A program made the translations under genes and the position numbers. Shown one piece after another: positions 10,950 to 20,578 of a stretch of 64,000 bases of DNA. How positions within the stretch are numbered: position 1 is the stretch's first letter; every line of letters starts with the position of its first letter. This DNA is from Cyanidioschyzon merolae (Eukaryota): the NCBI GenBank assembly GCA_000091205.1, contig AP006490.2; one strand, given 5' to 3'. Under the pieces are notes generated by a model. That model had not been told where the DNA came from, ran no database searches, and was given only the letters and a program-made list of their open reading frames with translations.

Positions 10950-11600
10950 TTAGCTTGCCGCAGCGCTGCGTGCCTCGCATTCAGCACAAGCATCTCCTGA
11001 TATTGATACCAGCGTTGAGGTCTCGGTTCATGGACTCCATGCGTTTGTTGCCGCTGGTTGATCTCACCAATGATAGGAGACCAGAACTCGTGTACGCTGT
11101 GCCATTGGGTGCTCTGTCAGCTCTTCGTGCTGATTTGTCGACGAAATGCTCCGCTGGCCTCGCTCCAACTCAACGTCCTAGGGTGTATATTCCAGCTCAT
11201 CCCTTCGATTTTTCGAAAATGAACGCATTTGCTTATAGCCTGAGATGAGAACCTTCCCGCATCGAGCAGCACATGCGGAATAAAGACCAAATGTGCCCCG
11301 GTTGGTCACCATGTGCTGAACGCTTCATCAATTCGCCCGGTGGAGCGATCGTGACGATTCAGGACCCCAAACTCTCCTTCTATGGGGATGAACCACGGGT
11401 GACAAGAAGGAATGAAACCAGCTCTACCCCTCGATAGAATTGGCAAGTGCTCGAACTGAAGCAGAACGGCTGAATACCACTGTGTCCAATAGAAGGACCT
11501 TACCAGACGTTTGGGACAAGTCTTCAATGACTCGACAAAAAGAGGGCGCTGCTGCATGAGTGTTCTCTTCAGCGGAACTGAGGCAGCCAAATGAATCCAC
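10950..11600 (-). mobile_element. Degraded fragment (copy 4) of the TnpB/Fanzor-like element family, minus strand, frameshifted
   Basis: The minus-strand translation gives VELERGQRSISSTNQHEELTEHPMAQRTRVLVSYH and, after a frameshift, GNKRMESMNRDLNAGINIRRC. These match copy 1 ([39 protein letters not shown]...[21 protein letters not shown]). The plus-strand ORF 10712..11248 is the mirror image of the same region. Confidence 0.5.
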
Positions 11601-11633
11601 CGCAGCTAGAACAGATGATGATGTCGACGTTCT

Positions 11634-12173
11634 CTACGATTTCGAGCGTACGAGCAACGGGCTCCCGCTCAGCAAGTATTCATCTGCGCTGCGATTGTCT
11701 CGTTTGAAGCAAGTCTCATCGAGTGAGAAAATAAACTGATGTTCCTGTGCTTCATACCGATCGCGACGTTCCAGGAACGCCGTGCCTGCGATTTCGGTGG
11801 AAGCTGGCCGTGAATGAACTAGCACTTTATTGCGATTGGATCCCGGTGTTTTCAGGATCACGCGAATAAGCTGTTGAGAAACAGAGACGCCCGTGGTGGC
11901 TACTATGGACGCATTTGCTTCCCGTAAATTGATCAACTGGTCGTTTTCTATCACTGAGTGCAGGCAGGCTTTGAGAATATCAGGTTTCGGCCCGGAGCGC
12001 ATATACTTGTTTCTTTCAGTGCTCGTCAAGCATCTGCGTATAGTGGTATGATTGACATCGAGGAGCAACGCAATTATCATTGCATTGTTCAGTGAAGAAT
12101 ACATATGCCGTATGCAATTCCTCCACAATCTATACAGAACATTACCTAGTGATTTCAACCTCCTCCTACACAC
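11634..12173 (-). mobile_element. Tc1/mariner-like transposase N-terminal fragment (paired-like HTH plus start of the DDE domain), truncated
   Basis: ORF aligns with Tc1 transposase N-terminus: TGVSVSQQLIRVILKTPG versus TKVSISTVKRVLYRHNLKG, and FIFSLDETCF versus VLWSDETKIELF (first D of the DDE triad). It lies directly upstream of, and on the same strand as, Fanzor-like copy 4. Confidence 0.45.
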
Positions 12174-12712
12174 CGCAGCCGCGATGAAAGAAAATTGAGT
12201 TGAAAGACTATCAACCGAAGCGCCTTTACGTCGTAACAGCGTCTGGTACTCGAAATTCTAACGCAGCCACGTACCAGCAGCGGATCGAGACGGTGAACGG
12301 ACGCACCAGCGTATACCTCTATGTACGGTATTCGCCTCTACCAGATACGCAGCATGCCTGCGATCAATGCGAACAGGCATCGAAGTGCCCTTGGTACCCA
12401 AGTTTTGCCGTCCGAGCATGCCTTCCTCGAAGACGCACCTTGCATCTATCCTCAGATCGTCGAAAACGACACCAAACATGCTTCTGCACAGCGTCCTGTC
12501 GTACAAGCGCGCCAAGTAGGCGTTTGTTTTCAGCACGGTGCTGTCTGACGCTTGGACTGCACGAGTGTAGATGCTACCGATCCCGACCAGGTCCACGGCA
12601 CCTGATAGCTGACGAGCAGGTTCCGCTGCGACTCCAAGCCCGGCAATTGGCAAGCACACGAGTCGCGCTCAACTTGCAGAGCGCTGTGTCGATCGCCGAT
12701 GCTGCCCTTGGT

Positions 12713-14599
12713 CTAACGATTCAGAGTGGCAATGTTGACAGCAGGCACGCGCCGCTGACGCACAGCTTGAGGATCGCTTCGATTCGAGACCACGGCGACA
12801 ATACGCGACCATTTCAGCGCACCGAATGCGACTTCTCCGTCACTGGCCTGCAGCTCAACTAGGCGTCGTGCAACGCGCATCTTAGCTTCCAGGACCTCGA
12901 GGGAAGCGTCCGTCGGGTCGCAGAGCCAATCCACAAAGCCCGCCATACTAGCCAACGCGACAACTCCGATTCTCGACAGACCTAGCGCAGCGAATACCGC
13001 CGCAGCAGCGAGCCGCTCTTCTTCCGAAGGATGCCGTGCACAGTCCAGGACAATGGGCAGTGCATTCGTGAACGCCTTGACGGGATCCGCATCCCTGATC
13101 GCATCAGTGAACAGATGCAGCACCCTTTGCTGCCGAAATTCGAGGTCGGATTCGGCGGCTCCGTACCCTGAGACGGCTGCTGATGAAAGCGGCTCGTCGA
13201 GACCTGCCAGGAACACACTCAAAGCACGCAAGGAGGCCACTCGAATATCGCACACGCTCGCCGTTTGAATGAAACGAAGCGTTAGTTTCAAGGTGTCAAC
13301 GTCCGCAAGCAGCACGTCCATGCCGCGTTCACAGAGCCCCAGAGCGCCAACCGCGGAGATCAGATGCACCAGCAGTGTCGTCCGACGAACTTGATCAAGT
13401 CGTACGGACCAGTGTGCTGTCTCAGTCTCGCCATCTACCACGTGAAGCAAGAGAAAGCGCCCAAGAATCTCTACGAGATTGGCGTTCATCCAAGCGTGGA
13501 AGGCGCAACGACTGGACCCGGCACTGGTGCGCACGAACCTCAGAATCCCACACATCCAAATAAACCAGCGTTCCGCCAAGTCGCTCGAGGCAGGCTCGTC
13601 TGGCGCCAACAAATGGGCAAGGTGTTGGCGTAGCAGCACATCGAATACCGAAATTTGGTCGAGCAACTCGGCTGCTATTGCACTGCGTTGCATAAAAGCC
13701 CCAAGCACATCCAGCAAGTTCAAGCGGAGTAGCAAGTCCTCATCCAAACGAACAGGAGCTGCGATTTTGGCTACAAGCACGGTTGGCAACAGCCGACGTG
13801 CGGCAATCTCTGCAACAGACGAGTAGTCGCAGATCTCAAGCAGGAAGCTCAAGGCTCGGATATGCGCGACCGCACCCGCTGCACCCGAGAGCATCTCCTG
13901 TACGAGGATTTGCGCGCCTCGTGCTTCGCTGAAGAGCACAACTGCGCCGCGGAACGGCTTCAGCTGTACCAGGTTCTTCAGGATTTTTTCACAAAGTCCC
14001 GCAGCTTCGGTGGATGGATCATCACGGAAGCTCAGCAGCACCAGTGACAGGATATCGCTGGCGTGCTGTGCAGTTGTGCTGGGAGCGTCCACTTCTGGAC
14101 CTGGCGCTTGTGCGGCCTCTATCTCCGGACGAAGCTCGTTCGTACTTTCAAAACGTTCGATAATGGTGTCTGCAACTTGCTGACAAAACGCTTCAGGCAA
14201 GTCATTCCGTTCAAGAAGGAGACAAAGCAGACGGAGCGCAGCTGTGCGTACCAGCGGGTACCGGCTGCTCAGACCGAGCTGGATGAGCTGGAGCACCTGC
14301 TCTGTAGGTACGACGTGACGAACTCGGGCACTTGTTGCAGAGAGCTTGACCAGTTTCTCCATTGTTTTCGTTAATACCCGGATGGAATCAAATATGTTGT
14401 CGGATGGTACCGCGTCGCTGTCTGAAGCCTCGAGCGACGCCCGCACCGCGTACTCCTCCAGTGTCCAGCCCAGCAGCGGTAACGGCAAACGCTCCAGCAA
14501 GTCCAGTGCCGCACACTCCGACAGTGCTCCAGCGTCTACATATTCCCTCACTGTATCCAATACTTTATCGGGAGTCCAGTCATTGTGGTGAGCGTTCAT
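12713..14599 (-). CDS. Hypothetical HEAT/ARM-repeat-like helical protein (628 aa), function unknown
   Basis: Long uninterrupted ORF with Leu-rich amphipathic helical repeats. No specific family recognised by eye. TAG stop. Confidence 0.4.
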   Translation of the reverse strand: MNAHHNDWTPDKVLDTVREYVDAGALSECAALDLLERLPLPLLGWTLEEYAVRASLEASDSDAVPSDNIFDSIRVLTKTMEKLVKLSATSARVRHVVPTEQVLQLIQLGLSSRYPLVRTAALRLLCLLLERNDLPEAFCQQVADTIIERFESTNELRPEIEAAQAPGPEVDAPSTTAQHASDILSLVLLSFRDDPSTEAAGLCEKILKNLVQLKPFRGAVVLFSEARGAQILVQEMLSGAAGAVAHIRALSFLLEICDYSSVAEIAARRLLPTVLVAKIAAPVRLDEDLLLRLNLLDVLGAFMQRSAIAAELLDQISVFDVLLRQHLAHLLAPDEPASSDLAERWFIWMCGILRFVRTSAGSSRCAFHAWMNANLVEILGRFLLLHVVDGETETAHWSVRLDQVRRTTLLVHLISAVGALGLCERGMDVLLADVDTLKLTLRFIQTASVCDIRVASLRALSVFLAGLDEPLSSAAVSGYGAAESDLEFRQQRVLHLFTDAIRDADPVKAFTNALPIVLDCARHPSEEERLAAAAVFAALGLSRIGVVALASMAGFVDWLCDPTDASLEVLEAKMRVARRLVELQASDGEVAFGALKWSRIVAVVSNRSDPQAVRQRRVPAVNIATLNR

Positions 14600-15355
14600 T
14601 CAGCAACAGGTTATCACGCTTTGAGATAGACATATCCAGAAGCAATCTCCTGATCGGCGGCGGGGCGCAGGACAGCCGCTGCGCGTGCACGCGCACCTGG
14701 CAGATCCGGCGGGCACGAGACACGACGCTCTGGTCGCTCCTGAGGGGAACAGTGATCCTGATCATTGGCGTGCTATTCTACTGTAAAAGTTGTATTCGCG
14801 TTGAGGTCGTAGCAAAGTATAGGTTTTCTGTTCCATCCTATTCCGACCCTCAATTGAGTATATTCAAGTGTTTTTTCGAAGTAAATAACAGAAGCGTTCA
14901 AAGAGCGTTCGTTTTCATAAAAAATTAAAAGGAAAGGCATGGAAATGGAAGTGGAGGATCCCGGAGGGCCGATATCGCCGGCTCTCGGAAAAGAAGGATA
15001 AACATGGCGGAGCAAAGAGGAACAGGAAGTGATGAAGAATCAAAAGGGGGCGAGGTTCTACGTCGAAGGCGGCAAGAAAGGCAACTGTACGGCGATATTG
15101 TAGTGAAAGCCTGTGTTCTTAAATATATCAAGGATCCGTAGAAGGAAAAGTTGCCGGACGCCATCAAAAACCGTCTCGAGTCGTACTCCATGAGTATGAT
15201 AAAGGCTTCTTCAGGACCGACGCATTTGGTGAGGGAGATGTATCGCTACGTGACGAACATGGAAACGGTCGAGATTCCGGACGAGTTTTTCGACAACACA
15301 TTTTTTCGTCACTTGATGCTTGGCACAGGGGAAGAGCGGAAGGATATAAGAGCTA

Positions 15356-17506
15356 GTGCATGCCCCTCACGAACAACATCCCTTTTGCAGGTTCGAGGGT
15401 AATCGAAACAAGGGGGACTGGGGTATTTACGACTATGGGGCGATGAAGTACATCACGAACCTGAAGAACCATTTGAAAACGAACCTCGAACGTTTCATGA
15501 TACGCGCCGTGTTTGCACTCTACCGGGGCCTGTCTCGCAAAGGAATATGGGCGATTATCAATGGCATCACGAACGATCGAAACTATGGAAATGAGGTCGA
15601 ATTCGTTGACAAGAAGGAGTCAAACCAGAGCACGAATGAGAATTCCGTCATCCGTGCGGTTATCGAAGAGCATCGTGCGGTACTGGGGCTGGCGAATCCA
15701 ACAGACAAGATATCAGAGTTGAAAAAAGATAGGGAAAGATACGATCGCCTCGTTCTGCGCTATTTTGTGTTTCTGGACCGAGAGCTCGAACGCAAAGCGG
15801 AGATGAAGCTGAGTGAAGAGACAAATGAAGAGTGGGAGAGACGGAAGGCTTTCCTAATGGGTAAGCGCTTCGACGTGGTTCCAATGTGCAAGATCAAGTC
15901 ACATTTTATGACTATCGACTCCGGCGTCCTTTACGGCATCATGAGGGAGATCTGTCCGGAGTTCGATGTAAGGAAGACAGAGTTCCCCGGTGAAAACCGT
16001 GAGACGTACTGGAAGAATATCTTCGATTTCAAACGTCGCAAAGTCAGCAAACAAAAGGTATTCACTGGGTTGATCGAAACCGAAAGAGTAGCCTTGTGTA
16101 TACACTATCGGAGGTTGAAGAAAGATCGGCCAGTCCCTCCCTCGGCTGCGTCCGTCACGAAAAATGAAGAAAAGGAGGAGGCTGGTCCTGCGAAGCAGGA
16201 GGTAGAGGATAACGACCTTGTCGTTCACGCGGCGAAGAATGAAGAAAAGAAGGAGGCGGGTCCTGCGACGCAGGAAGTGGAGGGTAACGACCTTGTCGTT
16301 GACGTGACGAAGGATGAAGAAAAGAAGGATGCGGATCCTGCGACGCAGGAGGTAGAGAATAACAGCTTCATCGTTAACGCGACGAAGCATGAAGAAAAGA
16401 AGGAGGCGGGTCCTGCGATGCAGGAGGTGCATGAGAAGGACCTTCTCGTTGGCGCGGCGAAGGATGAAGATGAGAAGGATGCGGATCCTGCGACGCAGGA
16501 GGTAGAGAATAACGACTTTATGGTTGACGTGACGAAGCATGAAGAAAATGAGGATGCGGGTCCTGCGACCCAGAAAGTGCAAGATAACGACTTTGTCGTT
16601 GGCGCGGACCCTGGGAATACGAATATCATCACCATTGCAGCACCGAAGCGTGCGGAAGATCGTACTGACGGCAACTTGCGTCAGAAAGACATGCGTCTTT
16701 TGAGGTTCTCGAGAGCGAGATACTATCGAGAATCGGGAATCATGAATGCGAGGAAGAAAATCGAGACTTGGAATTCAGGAATGAAAGAGCACCTGGAAGC
16801 TGTGAGCGAGGTAACGAGCCGAGGAGCGGACTTTGAAGCTTTTCGGAAATTCATGGAAGTTCGTGTTGCGCATTGGGATGCTCTGTGGGAGGAGTATACC
16901 AAGCCCCGGTGGGCTCGACTGCGTATGAATCTATACGGTGGGAGGCAGCGCGCATTCCCAAATTTTTTCAATCAGTTGAGTGCCCTGAAGGAGGATGAAA
17001 GTCAGAGGCTCGTAGTAGCGTACGCAGCAGGGCGCTGGAAGACCCAAAAAGGGACTACTCCGGCCCCAACGACAAGAACGTTCAAGGAGTGCGCAAGGCG
17101 TTTCGTTACGATACCTGTAGATGAGTTCCGAACGTCGTATACGCACCATGAACTGGGGTGTACACTCCAGAGGGTGGAGATGGAAAAGTGCCAGCGGAGC
17201 CCTGAGGACACAGCAAAGCACGGACTGCTGACGGAGGAGCAAATGGAAAGGATGGCAAAAGTTCGTGGACTGCTTGCATTAGTGAGTACAACCAGTGATG
17301 GTAAGAAACGTATGGAATTCGTGAACCGTGACTTTAACGCCGCTATCAATATACGGAAATGTGCGGTGCTGGAGAAGAGACCTCCAGAATTGACAGGAGA
17401 GAATTTCGTTGGACAACCTCTCAAAGTCGAACTATATGAGAAAAAGTTGGAGGCAGTTGTAGGCGGCCGGTCGAGAAAGGCTGGGAGGCGTCTGCACGTC
17501 AGGTAA
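15356..17506 (+). CDS. TnpB/Fanzor-like RuvC-fold nuclease protein (transposon-encoded, IS605-OrfB/Cas12-related family)
   Basis: RuvC-I-like [15 protein letters not shown]. TnpB-like linker [26 protein letters not shown]. Zn-finger-like segment [11 protein letters not shown]...EKCQRS. Diagnostic RuvC-III motif [18 protein letters not shown] near the C-terminus. TAA stop. Confidence 0.7.
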   Translation: MHAPHEQHPFCRFEGNRNKGDWGIYDYGAMKYITNLKNHLKTNLERFMIRAVFALYRGLSRKGIWAIINGITNDRNYGNEVEFVDKKESNQSTNENSVIRAVIEEHRAVLGLANPTDKISELKKDRERYDRLVLRYFVFLDRELERKAEMKLSEETNEEWERRKAFLMGKRFDVVPMCKIKSHFMTIDSGVLYGIMREICPEFDVRKTEFPGENRETYWKNIFDFKRRKVSKQKVFTGLIETERVALCIHYRRLKKDRPVPPSAASVTKNEEKEEAGPAKQEVEDNDLVVHAAKNEEKKEAGPATQEVEGNDLVVDVTKDEEKKDADPATQEVENNSFIVNATKHEEKKEAGPAMQEVHEKDLLVGAAKDEDEKDADPATQEVENNDFMVDVTKHEENEDAGPATQKVQDNDFVVGADPGNTNIITIAAPKRAEDRTDGNLRQKDMRLLRFSRARYYRESGIMNARKKIETWNSGMKEHLEAVSEVTSRGADFEAFRKFMEVRVAHWDALWEEYTKPRWARLRMNLYGGRQRAFPNFFNQLSALKEDESQRLVVAYAAGRWKTQKGTTPAPTTRTFKECARRFVTIPVDEFRTSYTHHELGCTLQRVEMEKCQRSPEDTAKHGLLTEEQMERMAKVRGLLALVSTTSDGKKRMEFVNRDFNAAINIRKCAVLEKRPPELTGENFVGQPLKVELYEKKLEAVVGGRSRKAGRRLHVR
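16160..16609 (+). repeat. In-frame 75-bp (25-aa) tandem repeat x6 inside the Fanzor-like ORF
   Basis: Units [150 protein letters not shown]. The last unit runs into the RuvC-I strand. Copy 2 has a single unit. Confidence 0.85.
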
Positions 17507-17824
17507 AGAGTTTTGTCTAAGGCGCCGGTCGTCTCAACTGTACACTGGCACCATCGCCGGTGCATTCGACAGATGGTGTCCATGTTGTACTGAATTTACC
17601 AGTCTCCGGCGTCGTGCAGCCGCGGCCCCGCTGCAGCACTGGCAGTGTCGCCACCGCCGTCCTTTCGTTCGCTCATCGGGTATCGTCTCCAGTCCGACTT
17701 GCTAGTGGCCCGCCTTCCCTGTAGAGGAAACAGGGACTGGACTGTTCGTGACCTCGCTACCGAGTTCCGGTCGCTGTTTGAGTTCTCTTGCAGTTGCGGT
17801 TTCCGCTAACTACTTGTCTTTCGC

Positions 17825-18598
17825 ATGGCGCGTGGCCCAAAGAAGCATCTGAAGCGCCTGGCAGCGCCAAGGCACTGGATGCTCGCTAAACTTGGCGGCA
17901 TCTGGGCCCCTCGACCTTCAGCTGGCCCACATAAGCTTCGAGAATGTTTACCTCTGATCATCATTCTGCGAAACCGGTTGAAGTACGCGCTCACTGGGCG
18001 AGAGGCTATGCAGATCCTCATGCAGCGGCTGGTTCGTGTGGACGGGAAAGTTCGCACAGACCGCACTTTTCCCGCTGGCTTCATGGATGTTATCCATATC
18101 GAAAAAACCAATGAGACATTTCGTTTACTCTACGACACAAAGGGGCGTTTTGTGCTCCATCGAATCACACCCGAGGAGGGCAAGTACAAACTGTGCCGCA
18201 TCAAGCGTCAACAACTGGGTGCCCGTGGCATCCCGTACATCGTGACACACGACGGGCGCACCATTCGGTATCCAGATCCATTGATCAAAGTGCACGACAC
18301 CGTCGTCCTTGATATCGAGACCGGGAAGATCACGGACTTTGTCAAATTCGACATCGGCGCGCTCTGCATGATCACCGGAGGCCACAATATTGGTCGCGTT
18401 GGTGTCGTACAGCACCGCGAGAGACACCCGGGTGCGACTGAAATTGTGCACTTGAAGGACGCTGCAGGGCGAGAGTTTGCGACACAGATCAGTAACGTGT
18501 TCGTTATTGGTCGAGAAAAGTCGCTCGTCTCGCTACCGCGTGGCAAGGGAGTGAAGCTCTCCGTCGTTGAGGAGCGCGAGCGGCGAGGCCTGCTCTAG
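17825..18598 (+). CDS. RPS4: 40S ribosomal protein S4 (eS4)
   Basis: [44 protein letters not shown]... is near-identical to eukaryotic RPS4 along the full length (257 aa). TAG stop. Confidence 0.95.
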   Translation: MARGPKKHLKRLAAPRHWMLAKLGGIWAPRPSAGPHKLRECLPLIIILRNRLKYALTGREAMQILMQRLVRVDGKVRTDRTFPAGFMDVIHIEKTNETFRLLYDTKGRFVLHRITPEEGKYKLCRIKRQQLGARGIPYIVTHDGRTIRYPDPLIKVHDTVVLDIETGKITDFVKFDIGALCMITGGHNIGRVGVVQHRERHPGATEIVHLKDAAGREFATQISNVFVIGREKSLVSLPRGKGVKLSVVEERERRGLL

Positions 18599-18949
18599 AC
18601 ACACACATGCAGCGCGCTTGGCAACATACGCCGTTGGTTGACGTGAATCAAAGCGGATTGGGAGCCTTCCAGTGTCTCGTAAAGACGGAGAACCGTTTGC
18701 GGGAACTGTTCGAGGAACATCGGTTGGGACACCTCCCGTGAGGAGGCGGGACGCTCTGCCTCCATGGATATTCCCTCAACGCAGCACCCGTGTCAGATAA
18801 AAATGGAATACTGTACTACTCGCCATGTGACTGTTTCTCGATTTTTTACGAATCTTATCAGATGTACGGCATCGGCATTCGAAACGCAGCGGTGAGAGCT
18901 TACAGGGTCATGAATTGCTTCAGGATCCCTGACCGTATGTTCGTTCGGA

Positions 18950-19560
18950 GTAGCTCCATCGATGTTTCGCGTCTGGGAGTCGTTATATCACCGGAATCAA
19001 GATGATTCGCGACGCGGTCGAACAGGGGTTCGGAAAATAACCAATCTCATTATCGGAGTCATGCCTATAGGCTTCCAGACTTCTCATTTGCTTACGTGCA
19101 GCACGCACGAATCACGAAGTTTTCACGTTTTCGAGTTTCAGTTTCGAGGCAACTCGTGCGCGCAGCGATCCGCATCTGTTGACGGATGCGGAAAAGTGTC
19201 GACGACGTCCGTCGACGACTTGTTCAAAAGCTCATTCCGGAAGTTCACTGACTATTCTACCTCGAATCATCGATTCCGTTAGGAAAACAAATCCCACTTT
19301 CTTTGGTGCGATCGACAACACCGCACTCTACGTCAGCATGGTAACACCCAGGGTAGATGCCCTGGAAGGATCCCGCCTCTTCTGTCTGCGTGGACAAGGG
19401 TCCTGGAATCGGACTTGCCAAGTCGCAGTAACGTTGTCTCACTCTAGAGTGTATCGTATACTCGCACAAAAGGACGCGGAGACGGATCGAAATTTCTCGA
19501 CTTGTTCTCCATCATGAATTTTTTTCCTACGGCACTTGTTTCATCATGGACAGCATCGTG
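18950..19560. repeat. Dispersed repeat family, copy A (about 610 bp), unclassified non-autonomous element
   Basis: Shares blocks with 54241..54920 and 32010..32160. Shared blocks are atcgatgtttcgcg, gatgattcgcgacgc, cgacgacttgttcaaaagctcat, aagggtcctggaatcggacttgc, gtgtatcgtata, ggatcgaaatt and cttgtttcatcatggacagcatcg. No coding capacity. Confidence 0.55.
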
Positions 19561-20578
19561 CTTCGCCAATCCTTTATCGGATGCAACGTTGTGCGCTTAC
19601 GTGTGCTTCGGATGAAGTCCTCGCCGGGCGGAGTTCCCCCAGAAGCAGCTCACGATCATAGGGTCTAGAACCGGGCACAGCAACGGAGGCACGCGTCTAC
19701 GGAAGAGCCTTCTTCGCTCGTCGAGGACGTGAACCGAGCGATGAACCGAGTGTGCACGCGCCAAAGTATCGCCCTCCGAGTTCTAGCGGGATGAGCGGGG
19801 GCAGGTGCAGGCGATACGGTACACATTCCCTAACACATGACGACAGCGAAACGTTATCGCTACGACGGGCGCATCGAGGCCTCATCCAAAGAACACGAGC
19901 ACGGCAAGCGAAGCGTAGACGGCAACGTTTGCTTGGACATGAACAATGTTGACAACAGCCAGAAGCGTCGATATCGGAATGCCAACGCTACCACCAACAC
20001 CATTCGACTGCTGAAAACGGAGCTTGATAGACACGATTGACCGACGGACTTTAAAGCCGCAGATGTTCTAGAGGAAAAGAAAGCAGTCACAGAAAAAATC
20101 CGAAAATGCTGGTGCTGATTACCGAGGGAAGCGATCCAGAGTGTGGCGTGCACGCCCGAGTCACAGGGCACGCTCCATTACATGCTGACACGGGTTCCGT
20201 GCCAACATCCAAGGACGTTGCTTCCAAGGATATCGTTCGGATCCAGACCCCGTGAACACGCTACCCGAATATGAAACGTACTTTCTGAGGCGCGCTACTG
20301 CACCTTTTTCCACTTCAGGGGCGATGACCGAAGCGTGCGCAGCAGTAGCATCGCAGCGGTCGTGCAGCGGCGTCCGCGGAGACAACTCCAGCGTGCCCAG
20401 CGCGAGCCGCGCGCCGTGCACCTGGCAGGTACTCTGGAAGGCACGAAAGCTGCGGAACGTGTGCTTCTTGTCATGCTTTGTAGCAGGTACCTGTGAACGT
20501 GCCATTCCGGTGCCCAACGGCTCTTCTTGCTGATGCGATGTTTTAACGCAACTTGCAGTAGACGGTCACTGAGCACAC

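Larger units (their letters stand above)
15150..17595 (+). mobile_element. TnpB/Fanzor-like element, copy 1 (near full length). Boundaries are approximate
   Basis: Contains the 716-aa RuvC-like nuclease ORF plus an upstream out-of-frame N-terminal ORF piece (15151..15402) and a conserved 70-90 nt tail after the stop. The tail is homologous to the tails of copies 2 and 3. Confidence 0.65.

Noticed and set aside
16160-16609. CRISPR-like array, given the regular direct repeats
   Set aside because: Units are contiguous with no spacers, are in-frame coding sequence within a eukaryotic gene, and are 75 bp long. This is a protein-coding tandem repeat, not a CRISPR array.
15899-16674. Long minus-strand ORFs (15899..16582, 16225..16674) across the Fanzor-like repeat region
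   Set aside because: They are antisense mirror ORFs created by the stop-free 75-bp tandem repeat (translations are repetitive [14 protein letters not shown]...). There is no independent homology.
17002-17583. Antisense ORFs over the nuclease 3' regions (17002..17583 -, 38322..38855 +, 42536..43255 -, 10712..11248 +)
   Set aside because: All four are the same reading frame opposite the conserved nuclease coding sequence (shared [10 protein letters not shown]...LTNAS peptide). Conservation is explained by the sense-strand gene.
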